From Felis catus (taxonomy: Eukaryota): 64,000 nt of DNA. This document shows, piece after piece, positions 23,209 through 36,259 of this stretch. The position numbers and the translations under genes were made by a program. Position 1 is the first letter of the stretch, and each line of letters starts with the position of its first letter. The notes under the pieces were generated by a model. That model ran no database searches, was not told where the DNA came from, and saw nothing but the letters and a program-made list of their open reading frames with translations. The stretch covers positions 28,646,001 to 28,710,000 of the forward strand of contig NC_058368.1 in NCBI RefSeq assembly GCF_018350175.1, given 5' to 3'.

Positions 23209-24435
23209 GATAAAGGAATCTTTAAAAATACTTTTTGTATAAGAAATTGTGTTCATTGTTGAAAAGTAAAGTGCAGACAAATCCCCTGAGATATAATCTC
23301 CCATTCAAAGTCATCATTGTCAACTTTATGGTGTTAATATTATCAGATTTTGTGAAATACATATATTTGTACAACTGCACATTTCTTTTTTAAAAATAGG
23401 ATCATGTATTTTTTATAATTCTCACTTAACCATTATTGTAACATATTAACAAAGTGGTAAATATTGCTACACATGTTCATTTTAAGTAGATACTAAAGTC
23501 ATATATTTATTCATATAATTTGTTTTACCAGTTTTTCATTGTTGGACATTCAGGTTGCCTACTTTTATTTCTATTTTTTTAAAAGAGATCTCTACACCCA
23601 ACGTGGGGCTCAAACTCATGACCCTGAGATTAGGAGTTGGATGCTCTACTGACCTGAGCCAGCCAGGTGCCACAGGTTGTCTGTTTTTAAATATATAAAA
23701 AGTGCAATAGACATCCACCCATAATGCATTTTTTTGTGATTTTATTCCAGAGCTACAATAGAAATAATGACTTTGGGAAGGGGAAATAGAGAACTCCTGC
23801 TTCATGAAGAATACAGTGTAAAGGGAAAAACTACACTATGATGGTTCAGGTCTTAGCTCCGTATTTACTAGGTATTGAACTTTGGGAAAATTATTAACTA
23901 CTTTAAACTTGCAGTAGGCTATTTTGACCCTGAGGACATTGTGACCCTTCTATATTAAAGCATTTAGCAGTAAAATCCCAAAACAATTGTAACTTAATAA
24001 ATTATTGGGAAGACCTGTGTTAGGAACATGCAGACTAATCTGGAAATTGCTGATATATTTGGTTTTCTCTTGGGTCTAAGTTTTGTATTAAAAAAAGTGG
24101 TGACACTAAACCAGTGCTTTTTAACCAAGAGTGATTCCCTTCCCCCAGGGGAAAATGTGCATAGAAAAACATGGTGATGGGTTCACATAGGTGGGAGATC
24201 TAATGGTTTCAGGCTAGATGTAGGATGTTCAAGCATCTTTAGGGCTTGGACCCTCTCTGCCCTTCCCCGTGGTCCCCCCCCCCCCCCGCCTCCTTTCTAC
24301 TCTCCATTTGTTGGATTTGATTTTTGCTGTATTGGTTTCAACATCTGTTGGGATTTCTTCAAGTGGTAGCAGTGATAGCCTTACTGACAGCCCCAGATTT
24401 TGATGGTCCTTACACTTCACACTGTTAGAAAAAGA

Positions 24436-24653
24436 GGGGGATGCCTGGGTGGCTCAGTTGGTTAAGCAACTTCGGCTCAGGTCATGATCTCACTGTTTGT
24501 GGGTTCGAGCCCCACGTCGGGCTCTGTGCTGACAGCTCAGAGCCTGGAGCCTGCTTCCGATTCTGTCTCCCTCTCTCTCTGCCCCTCCCCGGCTCACACT
24601 CTGTCTGTCCACCTCTCTCTCAAAAATGAACATTAAGAAAAAATTTAAAAAAA
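24436..24653 (+). mobile_element. Felid SINE
   Basis: Head ggggatgcctgggtggctcag, CT-rich body, A tail. Confidence 0.9.
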
Positions 24654-25013
24654 GAGAGAAAGAACATCTTTTCCTTGAGCTCTGACAAAAATCCTTGTGA
24701 GAACTCTTACTGGCCATGCCTGGATCATGTGTCCATCTCTAAAACAATCACTGTGGCCAGAGAGTGGAATATTCTGACAAGTTTGTGCAGGATATTCACT
24801 TCTGGAGGTTTTGGTGCAGGGATAAAGGTTGGGATTAATGGTATAAACTCTACCCAAACCAGATGGGATGGGTTCTCCGCTGGATAGAGGGATTCTGTTG
24901 TCAAAAGGGAAAGAATATTGAGTAGGTAAAACAAAACAGCTGTCTACTAAAACTCAAGTGTGTAATATCCAAAGGGGTTTTACAAGAATAAGTGTTATTT
25001 AGAATACACTATT

Positions 25014-25189
25014 GGGGCGCCTGGGTGGCTTAGCGTCTGACTTTGGCTCAGGTCATGATCTCGCGGTTTGAGTTCGGGTCCCATGTCAAGCTCTGAGGCT
25101 GGAGGCTGCTTCCGATTCTGTGTCTCTCTCTGTGCCTCCTCTGCTCACACACTCTCTCTCTCAAAATAAATAAATATTAAAAAAAATAA
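25014..25189 (+). mobile_element. Felid SINE
   Basis: TSD AATACACTATT. Confidence 0.9.
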
Positions 25190-25663
25190 AATACACTATT
25201 AATTATTATTTGAATATAGAGATTATTTTCCTATAAACCTTTGGGAAATTCCTTTAAAGTAGGATGATTGCAAGTGATAAAATCAAACCTTATTACTTTA
25301 AATGAACCTTAAAGTTAATTTCATTTGGAAGGTTTTATTTTTTGGATTCTTTTCAGGGCTTTTAATTTTCAAATCGATACTTTCCATGCCTGAATAAAAC
25401 ATATATCCGTTTATTGGTGGTAGTATTTGTGTGAGAGTTTGTGTGCTGTGTACAGGGATTTAAGTAATCTGAGTTACATGTGGTTGCTTTTTTGCATATC
25501 ATTAACTACAGTGTCTAAAAAGATGATCGTATTTAACCAAAATAGTGTGTTTGAAGAAAGGTATACCTTAGTTTCTTCTAAGTTGTATTACCTATTGTGT
25601 TATATAAGTATTTTCACTTCCCTTTAGAGTCATACTTACACTACTTCATTTAAATCAAGTCTT

Positions 25664-25889
25664 GGGGCGCCTGGGTGGCGCAGTCGGTTAAGCGTCCGAC
25701 TTCAGCCAGGTCACGATCTCGCGGTCCGTGAGTTCGAGCCCTGCATCAGGCTCTGGGCTGATGGCTCGGAGCCTGGAGCCTGCTTCCGATTCTGTGTCTC
25801 CCTCTCTCTCTGCCCCTCCCCCATTCATGCTCTGTCTCTCTCTGTCCCAAAAATAAATAAAAAACGTTGAAAAAAAATTAAAAAAAAAA
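25664..25889 (+). mobile_element. Young felid SINE
   Basis: TSD TAAATCAAGTCTT at 25651-25663 and 25890-25902. Confidence 0.94.
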
Positions 25890-27389
25890 TAAATCAAGTC
25901 TTTACAAATGACTTGATTTCTGAGCTTTTTGAAAGATAGGCTGCTCTCAGTGCAGAAAATCAGTGAACTAGGGCTTAAAACAACACTTAATTAAGAAAAC
26001 AGTATTTAATTAAAAGCTATATTCATTCACATATTCATTTACCAAACATTTCTTGAATACCCAGTTGGTTTAAGATATTATTTTTGGCTCTATGAGTACA
26101 AAGGTGATTAAAACATAGGCCCTGCCTGCAAAATGCTACACTTTTACAGACTGAACAGTGGTCTTCAAAAATTTTCACACTAACCTCCTAAAAGGATTTT
26201 GAAAATATGTATCCCTTTTATATTTTGAAGTTGATATCTAGAAATTTTCCTGAAAAGAATAAATAATTGCAGAGTACAGTGTTTCCAGTGTGTTGTAAAT
26301 ATTGACATTTAAAATAAAAATTTTTAACAGTCTTGAAAGTGTATCTTTTAAGTGAAATTAGAATATCCTAGTAATATGTTAGCCACTATCTCTGTTTTGA
26401 AAAATAGATTAAAAAGCTCATGTTTAACTATCAGGAAGCTCATGTTACTTTTTTTTTATCTCCTTGAATTTATATTTCAATTACCACTACTCATCATAAT
26501 TTTATCTTAATATTTTTACTCTTAAAATGTTTTGTCTTTAGATTTCTCTGCACAAAAATGTTTAAGTGTTAAAACATATCTATCACTACAATTATTAAAG
26601 CATAATTGTTCAAAAGAACATCAATATGTTTCAAATTTCTTAAAAAAATGTAAAATTTTGCAGAAATGTACCTGTTAACATGAGTGGTGCTTTTCCCCAG
26701 TTAAATATTAATGTAATTAATAGCTCCTAATTGAGTACTAATTTTGCTGCAATGTATATAATTTTGATATAGAAATATCACTCCGTTCTTTACAGACTTT
26801 TTATATATGAGCCAAAAGTAATATGTTGATTAATTATCAAAAATGTTATTTTTAGTGGTCTGTCAACTGACAACTTGATTATAGCCTTTTCAGTTTTGTT
26901 CATAGCCAATAATTGGAAACCACTTGACTGGCAGGTAGAGTCACTGACCTAACCAGCCAGTACCATCACTCTGCCTCAGTTTCTGGAAGATTCACTAAAA
27001 AGCTTTACCAAAATTTATCAAAAGGTTATGGTTTTTTCCTCATGTAGAGGCTGCTTGTTTAATGTACTCAGAAAAGAGGTGATAAAATGAACCCTTCATT
27101 CAGCATACCTTTGCCAGTATAGTATTTGAGAAAATGCTTTTATCATGTTTAAATACTTTTTTTTTTTAATATATGAAATTTATTGTCAAATTGGTTTCCA
27201 TACAACACCCAGTGCTCATCTCAAAAGATGCCCTCTTCAATACCCATCACCTACCCTACCCTCCCTCCCACCCTCCATCAACCCTCAGTTTGTTCTCAGT
27301 TTTTAAGAGTCTCTTATGCTTTGGCTCTCTCCCTCTCTAATCTTTTTTTTTTTTTCCTTCCCCTCCCCCATGGGTTTCTGTTAAGTTTC

Positions 27390-30300
27390 TCAGGATCCAC
27401 ATAAGAGTGAAACCATATGGTATCTGTCTTTCTCTGTATGGCTTATTTCACTTAGCATCACACTCTGCAGTTCCATCCACGTTGCTACAAAGGGCCATAT
27501 TTCATTCTTTCTCATTGCCACGCAGTACTCCATTGTGTATATAAACCACAATTTCTTTCTTTTTTTTTTTAATTTTTTTTTTCAACGTTTATTTATTTTT
27601 GGGACAGAGAGAGACAGAGCATGAACGGGGGAGGGGCAGAGAGAGAGGGAGACACAGAATCGGAAACAGGCTCTAGGCTCTGAGCCATCAGCCCAGAGCC
27701 TGACGCGGGGCTCTAACTCACGGACCGCGAGATCGTGACCTGGCTGAAGTCGGACCCTTAACCGACTGCGCCACCCAGGTGCCCCAAACCACAATTTCTT
27801 TATCCATTCATCAGTTGATGGACATTTAGGCACTTTCCATAATTTGGCTATTGTTGAGAGTGCTGCTATAAACATTGGGGTACAGGTGCCCCTATGCATC
27901 AGGACTCCTGTATCCCTTGGGTAAATTCCTAGCAGTGCTACTGCTGGGTCATAGGGTAGGTCTATTTTTAATTTTCTGAGGAACCTCCACACTGCTTTCC
28001 AGAGTGGCTGCACCAATTTGCATTCCCACCAACAGTGCAAGAGGGTTCCCATTTCTCCACATCCTCTCCAGCATCTATAGTCTCCTGATTTGTTCATTTT
28101 GGCCACTCTGACTACATGAGGTGATATCTGAGTGTGGTTTTGATTTGTATTTCCCTGATGAGGAGCGATGTTGAGCATCTTTTCATGTGCCTGTTGGCCA
28201 TCCGGATGTCTTCTTTAGAGAAGTGTCTTTTCATGTCTTCTGCCCATTTCTTCACCGGATTATTTGTTTTTTGGGTGTGGAGTTTGGTGAGCTTTTTATA
28301 GATTTTGGATACTAGCCCTTTGTCTGATATGTCATTTGCAAATATCTTTTCCCATTCTGTTGGTTGCCTTTTAGTTTTGTTGATTGTTTCCTTTGCTGTG
28401 CAGAAGCTTTTTATCTTCATGAGGTCCCAATAGTTCATTTTTGCTTTTAATTCCCTTGCTTTTGGGGATGCGTCAAGTAAGGAATTGCTGCGGCTGAGGT
28501 CAGAGAGGTCTTTTCCTGCTTTCTCCTCTAGGGTTTTGATGGTTTCCTGTCTCACATTGAGGTCCTTTATCCATTTTGAGTTTATTTTTGTGAATGGTGT
28601 GAGAAAGTGGTCTCGTTTCATTCTTCTGCATGTTGCTAGCCAGTTCTCCCAGCACCATTTGTTAAAGAGACTGTCTTTTTTCCATTGGATATTCTTTCCT
28701 GCTTTGTTAAAGATTAGTTGGCCATATTTTTGTGGGTCTAGTTCTGGGGTTTCTATTCTATTCCATTGGTCTATGTGTCTGTTTTTGTGCCAGTACCATG
28801 CTGTCTTGATGATTACAGCTTTGTAGTAGAGGCTAAAGTCTGGGATTGTGATGCCTCCTGCTTTGGTCTTCTTCAAAATTACTTTGGCTATTCGGGGCCT
28901 TTTGTGGTTCCATATGAATTTTAGGATTGCTTGTTCTAGCTTTGAGAAGAATGCTGGTGCAATTTTGATTGGGATTGCATTGAATGTGTAGATAGCTTTG
29001 GGTGGTATTGACATTTTAACAATATTTATTCTTCCAACCCATGAGCACGGAATGTTTTTCCATTTCTTTATATCTTCTTCAATTTTCTTCATAAGCTTTC
29101 TATAGTTTTCAGCATACAGATCTTGTACATCTTTGGTTAGATTTATTCGTACGTATTTTATGCTTCTTGGTGCAGTTGTGAATGGGATCAGTTTCTTTGT
29201 CTTTCTGTTGCTTCATTATTAGTGTTTAAGAATGCAACTGCTTTCTGTACATTGATTTTGTGTCCTGCAACTTTGCTGAATTCATGTATCAGTTCTAGCA
29301 GACTTTTGGTGGAGTCTATCGCGTTTTCCATGTATAATATCATGTCATCTGCAAAAAGTGAAAGCTTGACTTCATTTTTGCCAATTTTGATGCCTTTGAT
29401 TTCCTTTTCTTGTCTGATTGCTGATGCTAGAACTTCCAACATTATGTTAAACAACAGCGGGGAGAGTGGACATCCTGTCGTGTTCCTGATCACAGGGGGA
29501 AAGCGCTCAGTTTTTCCCCATTGAGGATGATGTTAGCTGTGGGCTTTTCATAAATGGTTTTTATGATGTTTATGTTCCTTCTATCCCGACTTTCTTGAGG
29601 GTTTTTGTTAAGAAAGGATGCTGAATTTTGTCAAATGCTTTTTCTGCATTAATTGACAGGATCATATGGTTCTTACCTTTTCTTTTATTAATGTGATGTA
29701 TCACGTTGATTGATTTGCGAATGTTGAACCAGCCCTGCATCCCAGGAATGAATCCCACTTGATCATGGTGAATAATTCTTTTTATAAGCTGTTGAATTCA
29801 ATTTGCTAGTATCTTATTGAGAATTTTTGCATCCATATTCATCAGGGATATTGGCCTGTAGTTTTTTTTACTGGGTTTCTGGGTCTCTGTCTGGTTTAGG
29901 AATCAAAGTAATACTGGCTTCATAGAATGAGTCTGGAAGTTTTCCTTCCCTTTCTATTTTTTGGAATAGCTTGAGAAGGATAGGTATTATCTCTGCTTTA
30001 AATGTCTGGTAGAATTCCCCAGGGAAGCCATCTGGTCCTGGACTCTTACTTGTTGGGAGATTTTTGATAACTGATTCAATTTTTTCGCTGGTTATGGTCT
30101 GTTCAAGCTTTCTATTTCCTCCAGTTTGAGTTTTGGAAGTGTGTGGGTGTTTAGGAATTTGTCCATTTCTTCCAGGTTGTCCAGTTTGTTGGCATATAAT
30201 TTTTCATAGTATTCCCTGATAATTGCTTGTATCTCTGAGGGATTGGTTGTAATAATTCCATTTTCATTCATGATTTTATCTATTTGGGTCATCTCCCTTT

Positions 30301-31527
30301 TATTTTTGAGAAGCCTGGCTAGAGGTTTATCAATTTTGTTTATTTTTAAAAAAACAAACTCTTGGTTTCATTGATCTGCTGTACAGTTTTTTTAGATTCT
30401 ATATTGTTTATTTCTGCTCTGATCTTTATTATTTCTCTTCTTCTGCTGGGCTTGGGGTGTCTTTGCTGCTCTGCTTCTATTTCCTTTAGGTGTGCTGTTA
30501 GATTTTGTTTTTGGGATTTTTCTTATTTCTTGAGATAGGCCTGGATTGCAATGTATTTTCCTCTCAGGACTGCCTTCGCTGCATCCCAAAGCGTTTGGAT
30601 TGTTGTATTTTCATTTTCGTTTGTTTCCATATATTTTTTAATTTCTTCTCTAATTGCCTGGTTGACCTATTCATTCTTTAGTAGGGTGTTCTTTAACTTG
30701 CATGCTTTTGGAGGTTTTCCAGACTTTTTCCTGTGGTTGATTTCAAGCTTCATAGCATTGTGGTCCGAAAGTATGCATGGTATGATCTCAATTCTTGTAT
30801 ACTTATGAAGGGCTGTTTTGTGACCCAGTATGTGATCTATCTTGGAGAATGTTCCATGTGCACTCGAGAAGAAAGTATATTCTGTTGCTTTGGGATGCAG
30901 AGTTCTAAATATATCTGTCAAGTCCATCTGATCCAATGTATCATTCAGGGCCCTTGTTTCTTTATTGATCATGTGTCTAGATGATCTATCCATTGTTGTA
31001 AGTGGGGTATTAAAGTCCCCTGCAATTACCACATTCTTGTCAATAAGGTTGCTTATGTTTGTGAGTAATTGTTTTATATATTTGGGGGCTCCCGTATTCG
31101 GCACATAGACATTTATAATTGTTAGTTCTTCTTGATGGATAGACCCTGTAATGATTATATAATGCCCTTCTTCATCTCTTGTTACAGCCTTTAATTTAAA
31201 GTCTAGTTTGTCTGATATAAGTATGGCTACTCCAGCTTTCTTTTGACTTCCAGTAGCAATCTATCCAGTATTATAGATACTATCATGATCTATCCAGTAT
31301 GATAGATACTAGATAGATATGATCAGTAGTATCCAGTATGATAAATAGTTCTCCATCCCCTCACTTTCAATCTGAAAGTGTCCTCAGGTCTAAAATGAGT
31401 CTCTTGTGGACAGCAAATAGATGGGTCTTGTTTTTTTTATCCATTCTGATACCCTATGTCTTTTGGTTGGTGCATTTAGTCCATTTACATTCAGTGTTAT
31501 TATAGAAAGATATGGGTTTAGAGTCAT
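27390..31527 (-). pseudogene. L1 ORF2p (endonuclease, RT, C-terminal domain; multiple frameshifts/stops plus SINE insertion)
   Basis: MTLNPYLSIITLNVNGLNAP, GDFNTPL, SKIDHILG, SDHNAMKLE (EN); [20 protein letters not shown] (RT); [12 protein letters not shown] (C-terminal). Confidence 0.93.
27559..27785 (-). mobile_element. Young felid SINE nested in the 3' end of L1 ORF2
   Basis: TSD AAACCACAATTTCTTT at 27543-27558 and 27786-27801. Confidence 0.95.
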
Positions 31528-31595
31528 TGTGATGTCCATAGGTTTCATGCTTGTAGTGATGTCTCTGGTACTTTGTGGTCCTTGCAGCATTTCAC

Positions 31596-32485
31596 TCACA
31601 GAGTCCCCCTTAGGATCTCTTGTAGGTCTGGTTTAGTGGTGATGAATTCCTTCAGTTTTTGTTTGTTTGGGAAGACCTTTATCTCTCCTTCTATTCTAAA
31701 TGACAGATTTGCTGGATAGAGGATTCTCGGCTGCATATTTTTTCTGTTCATCACATTGAAGATTTCCTGCCATTCCTTTCTGGCCTGCCAAGTTTCAGTA
31801 GAGAGATCTGTCACTAGTCTTATCGGTCTCCCTTTATATGTTAGAGCATGTTTATTGCTGGCTGCTTTCAGAATTTTCTCTTTATCCTTGTATTTTGCCA
31901 GTTTCACTATGATATGTTGTGCAAAAGATCGATTCAAGTTATGTCTGAAGGGAGTTCTCTGTGCCTCTTGGATTTCAATGCCTTTTTCCTTCCCCAGATC
32001 AGGGAAGTTCTAGCTATGATTTCTTCAAGTACACCTTCAGCACGTTTCCCTCTCTCTTCCTCCTCTGGAATACCAATTATGCGTAGATTATTTCTCTTTA
32101 GTACATCACTTAGTTCTCTAATTTTCCCCTCATAGTCCTGGATTTTTTTTATCTTTTTCTCAGCTTCTTCTTTTTCCTTAATTTTATCTTCTAGTTCACC
32201 TATTCTCTCTTCTGCCTCTATAATCCGAGCTGTGGTCATCTCCATTTTATTTTGCAGCTCATTAGTAGTATTTTTTTGCTCTTCCTGGCTGTTCCTGAGT
32301 GCCTTGATCTCTGTAGCAAGGGATTCTCTGCTGTCCTTTATACTGTTTTCAAGCCCAACGATTAATTTTATGACTATTATTCTAAATTCACTTTCTGTTA
32401 TATTGTTTAAATCATTTTTGATCAGTTCGTTAGCTGTCGTTATTTCCTGGAGGTTTTTTTGAGGGGAATTCGTCCGTTTCCTCAT
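31596..32485 (-). pseudogene. L1 ORF1p (disrupted)
   Basis: MRKRTNSPQKNLQE...coiled coil...RIIGIPEEEE and ...RLVTDLSTETWQARKEWQ...QPRILYPANLSF...LQEILRGTL lie in separate ORF-track entries. Confidence 0.9.
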
Positions 32486-35400
32486 TTTGGATAGTCCCTG
32501 GAGTGGTGTGGAACTGCAGGGCACTTCCCCTGTGCTGTCTTGAATAACTTGCGTTGGTGGGCAGGGCCACAGTGAGACCTGATGTCTGCCCCCAGCCCAC
32601 CGCTGGGGCCACAGTCAGACTGGTGTGTGCCTTCTCTTCCCCTCTCCTTGGGGCGGGATTCACTGTGGGGTGGCGTGGCCCGTCTGGGCTACTTGCACAC
32701 TGACAGGCTTGTGGGATCAGTCTGGGGATCTGGCGTATTAGCTGGGGTGGATCCGCAAGGTGCACAGGGGCGGGAGGGGCAGGCTCAGCTCGCTTTTCCT
32801 TCGGAGATCTGCTTTGGGAGGGGCCCTGCAGCCCCGGGAGGGAGTAAGACCGGCCGGAGGGATGGATCCGCAGAAGCACAGCGTTGGGTGCAAGCAAGAT
32901 CCGTGGCAAGCAAGTTCCATGGCGGGAACTGGTTTCCTTTGGGATTTTGGCTGGGGGATGGGCGGGGGAGATGGCGCTGGCGAGCGCCTTTGTTCCCCGC
33001 CGCCGAGCTGCGCTCTGTCTTCCGGGGCTCAACAACTCTCCCTCCCGTTGTCCCCCAGGCCTCCTGCTCTCTGAGCAGAGCTGTTAGCTTATAACCTTCC
33101 AGATGATAAGTCCCGCTTGCTGTCCAAACACACTCCGTCCGGCCCCTCCGCTTTTGCCAGCCAGACTGGGGGCCTCTGCTTGGCCAGCGGGCCGCCTCTC
33201 TGCCCCAGCTCCCTCCCGCCAGTCCGTGGAGCGCGCACCGCCTCTCCGCCCTTCCTACCCTCTTCCGTGCCTCTCGTCTGCGCTTGGCTCCGGAGAATCC
33301 GTTCTGCTAGCCTTCTGGCGGTTTTCTGGGTTATTTAGGCAGGTGTGGGTGGAATCTAAGTGATCAGCAGGACACGGTGAGCCCAGAGGCCTTCTACGCT
33401 GCCATCTTCCCTCAGGTCATTTTTATCTCATGCTCTTCGGGCATTTTGATCATTTTACCTCAGTGCTGAGCCACTTATGGATCTCTAAGTTGTTTTGAGA
33501 GGGAAGTATAAAGTGAGTTTACAAATAGCAGCCAGTTGAAACATAAATTCTTAAAAAAAATTTTTTTGTTAGTGTTTAATTATTTTTGAGAGAGAGAGCG
33601 CGTGCCTAAGTACTTTTTAATCAAATTTTAGTTTTCATAATTAAAAAAGGTAGCCTGTATTATCAATTCAATCAGCTTAATTAGGCTTTCTGACAGAGAA
33701 AACATTTTTCCTTTCAATTTGAATGAATGTGTTAGTATGTATAATAAGGAATGTTATAAAAACCACTGAATGAGAAATTGCAGGCCACATTTTATAGGCT
33801 AGATTACTAAATGCAGTAAAATCTAGTGGTCACATATTTAAGTCATCGATTTCATAATGTATGCCTTGCAGTTTTATTTTTTAGTATAATTTATAAGTAA
33901 TGTAATAGTTAAAGGAAGTTATTTATGTAGTGAGGTCTCTGATAGAAGACATGATATTGTTTTATTAAATGTGTAATAAACTTTGTTGATGCGTCTTAGA
34001 GAACAATTAAAATCATGTATAAAAATCAGAAATAAATGCATCAGTTTGTTTAAACCTCATGATCCAGCTTTGACACTGTATTTAGTGAAATGAGAACTAA
34101 CTGGTTCAGAAGGTAGTATGTCCTTTTCACCATAAGAGTTAGAAAATAGCCATTTTATAAGATGAGGAGTGACTGTAATTGGAATGAATGGTTCATGATG
34201 ACATTTGAGAAGAAATTTTTAACAGGCTTTTGAAAGACACCTATCTGATCTGAAACAGACATTTAAAAGTTTTTTCTGTGGTCTTTATCCACCATATTGT
34301 GAAAATCTTGGTAGTACTGACAGTTACTTCAGTGACATTAAAACTGAGCAGCGTCAATTATATGTGCTGCTTCAGGTGTTCAGAAGTGCCTTCTTGTGTG
34401 TGTGTAGGAATAGTATGTGTTCTCAAGGTAAGAATTGAGGAAAGGTAAAAAGCAGCTTGCCTTTAAGTGCGTAAAAAGCCAGGTTTGCACTCTGAGCTCT
34501 CCCATCTTGGATTATTTGACAATATTAACTCCCACTTCCCTCTGCAATATACTGTATCTGACACAGGCCAAAAATACTTCAGGCATTTCTAAAGCTACTC
34601 TTCGCTTTTAGTAGGAATATGGAAGACATGGAGAAACTATTCTGAGGCAGTTTATGTTGACTTGAATAATCTTTAAAGGAAGCTTCTCCTAGACCATAAT
34701 TGAAAATGCCTCATTTGTTTAGTCCACTGGAGCAGTGCACCATCCACTGTAGAAATGTAAGGGGGAGGGCTTCTGAAAGAGCCTCTGGGAACGAAGGACC
34801 TGCAGGGCCAGTTCTGTCAGGTCAGCATTCGGGAAGAACGGATCTAGAAACTGATCTCCTTAAGACTGCCGTGCTCTGGACCCTTAGGAAGTGTGTATCC
34901 TAACTTAAAGAGAATTATTGCAGAGGAACAATAATCAATACTTGTAATACAGTGTGAGAAATGCTATTACAGAAGCATGAGCCAGATACTGTGCTAGCAG
35001 AAAGACAAGAATGAGAGGATCAATTCTTGATGGAGGTGGAGATCATGCAAAAGGAAAAGTTAGGGAAAGCTCAACGGGGAGATGAAGAGATTTGAGGAGT
35101 AGGGGTCTGAAGGGAAAGGGTGTGAGAGAGTTGTGGAAGAACTTTCAGGCCAGGGAATAAAGCATCAATCACTGAGATAGGAATAGAAGAGGTAGAGCTG
35201 GTTGGACATAATTGGACAACACACACAGAAAGTAAAAAGTTATGATTTTCTCATGTTAAAGTTGAATTATCTCTAGAATATCTAAGAATGTCCAGTAGCC
35301 TGCTGATAGATATGGATCTCAGGAGAGAGATCTGAGCCAAAGGGGACGTTTAAGGCTTTAGTGTACAGAGGTCAGAGTTGGGCCATTAGCAGGGATTAGA

Positions 35401-36259
35401 TGACTCAGGAAAAGTATAGCATGGTAACAGAAGGTGGCCAAGAACATCAGCTTTGAGGCAGGAAGGTCAAATACCTACTGCCTATGAATGTCATTTTCTT
35501 CTTTGCCTACAGCAGGCATGACTAGATCGCTATCCTTATTTCTTCACAAGTCCAGTTTTCATTGTGATTGCTTCTTTGGGTTTTTTTAGAAGCCTTTGGT
35601 TTGATTTCCGAATGTTGAGAGATTTTCCAGTTATCTTTTAGTTATTGATTTCTAGGTAATTACATTCTGATCAGAAAACATATTTTGTATGATTTCATCC
35701 CTTTGACATTTATTAAGATTTGCTTTGCGGTCCAGCCTAAGATCTAGTTTGGTGAATGTCTCATGTGTATTTGCAAAAAATATGTATTCTGCCCTTGTTG
35801 GGTGCAGAGTTCTGTAAAAGTCATTTATGTTGAATGGTTAATCGTGTTTTCAGATTTTCTCTATCCTATTTTCCAGTTGATTTTAGCCAAAGGCTGAGGA
35901 AGAAATATTCTTATTTCTATATCCTTCTATTTTTTTCTTGCTCTTCATGAAGTGCTGAGATATATTAAAATATCCAAGTATGATTATGGATTTATCTAGT
36001 TCTACTTTTAGTTCTGTCAAGTTTTGTTTCCTGTTTATTCCCCAGCCTCCTCCTTGCCAGGTCACCACCATAGGTTTGCTGTATTCCTCCACAAAGGGTC
36101 ACAGTTCACTTAGGAAGCTTTCTAAATATACTTTCTCTGCAGGCACTGTCCCCTTCTACTTGCACTAGGTCCTTACAGGCCTAGTGGTGGCCATGGCTTC
36201 CTATTATTGCTAGTCCCAGGATACTGCACTATCCTTGCCCCATCTTCACAAATGGTTGG

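Larger units (their letters stand above)
27157..33411 (-). mobile_element. Full-length felid LINE-1 (L1_Fc-like), inactivated, antisense to VWA8
   Basis: Poly(T) at 27157-27167 is the tail, followed by 3'UTR, ORF2 and ORF1 fragments and a GC-rich 5'UTR ending GCCATCTTCCC (reverse complement of the YY1-containing 5' end GGGAAGATGGC). Confidence 0.96.

Noticed and set aside
26155..27150. Possible old hAT-Charlie remnant (starts CAGTGGTCTTCAAA) next to the full-length L1
   Set aside because: Too degenerate to assign by eye; needs RepeatMasker/Dfam.
31259..31345. CRISPR-like or minisatellite array
   Set aside because: Units are irregular, derived from the flanks, and lack unique spacers; the context is eukaryotic.
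27390..32485. Reverse transcriptase/endonuclease ORFs as a possible novel retroelement system
   Set aside because: Standard L1 ORF1/ORF2, fragmented by stops, frameshifts and a SINE; not autonomous.
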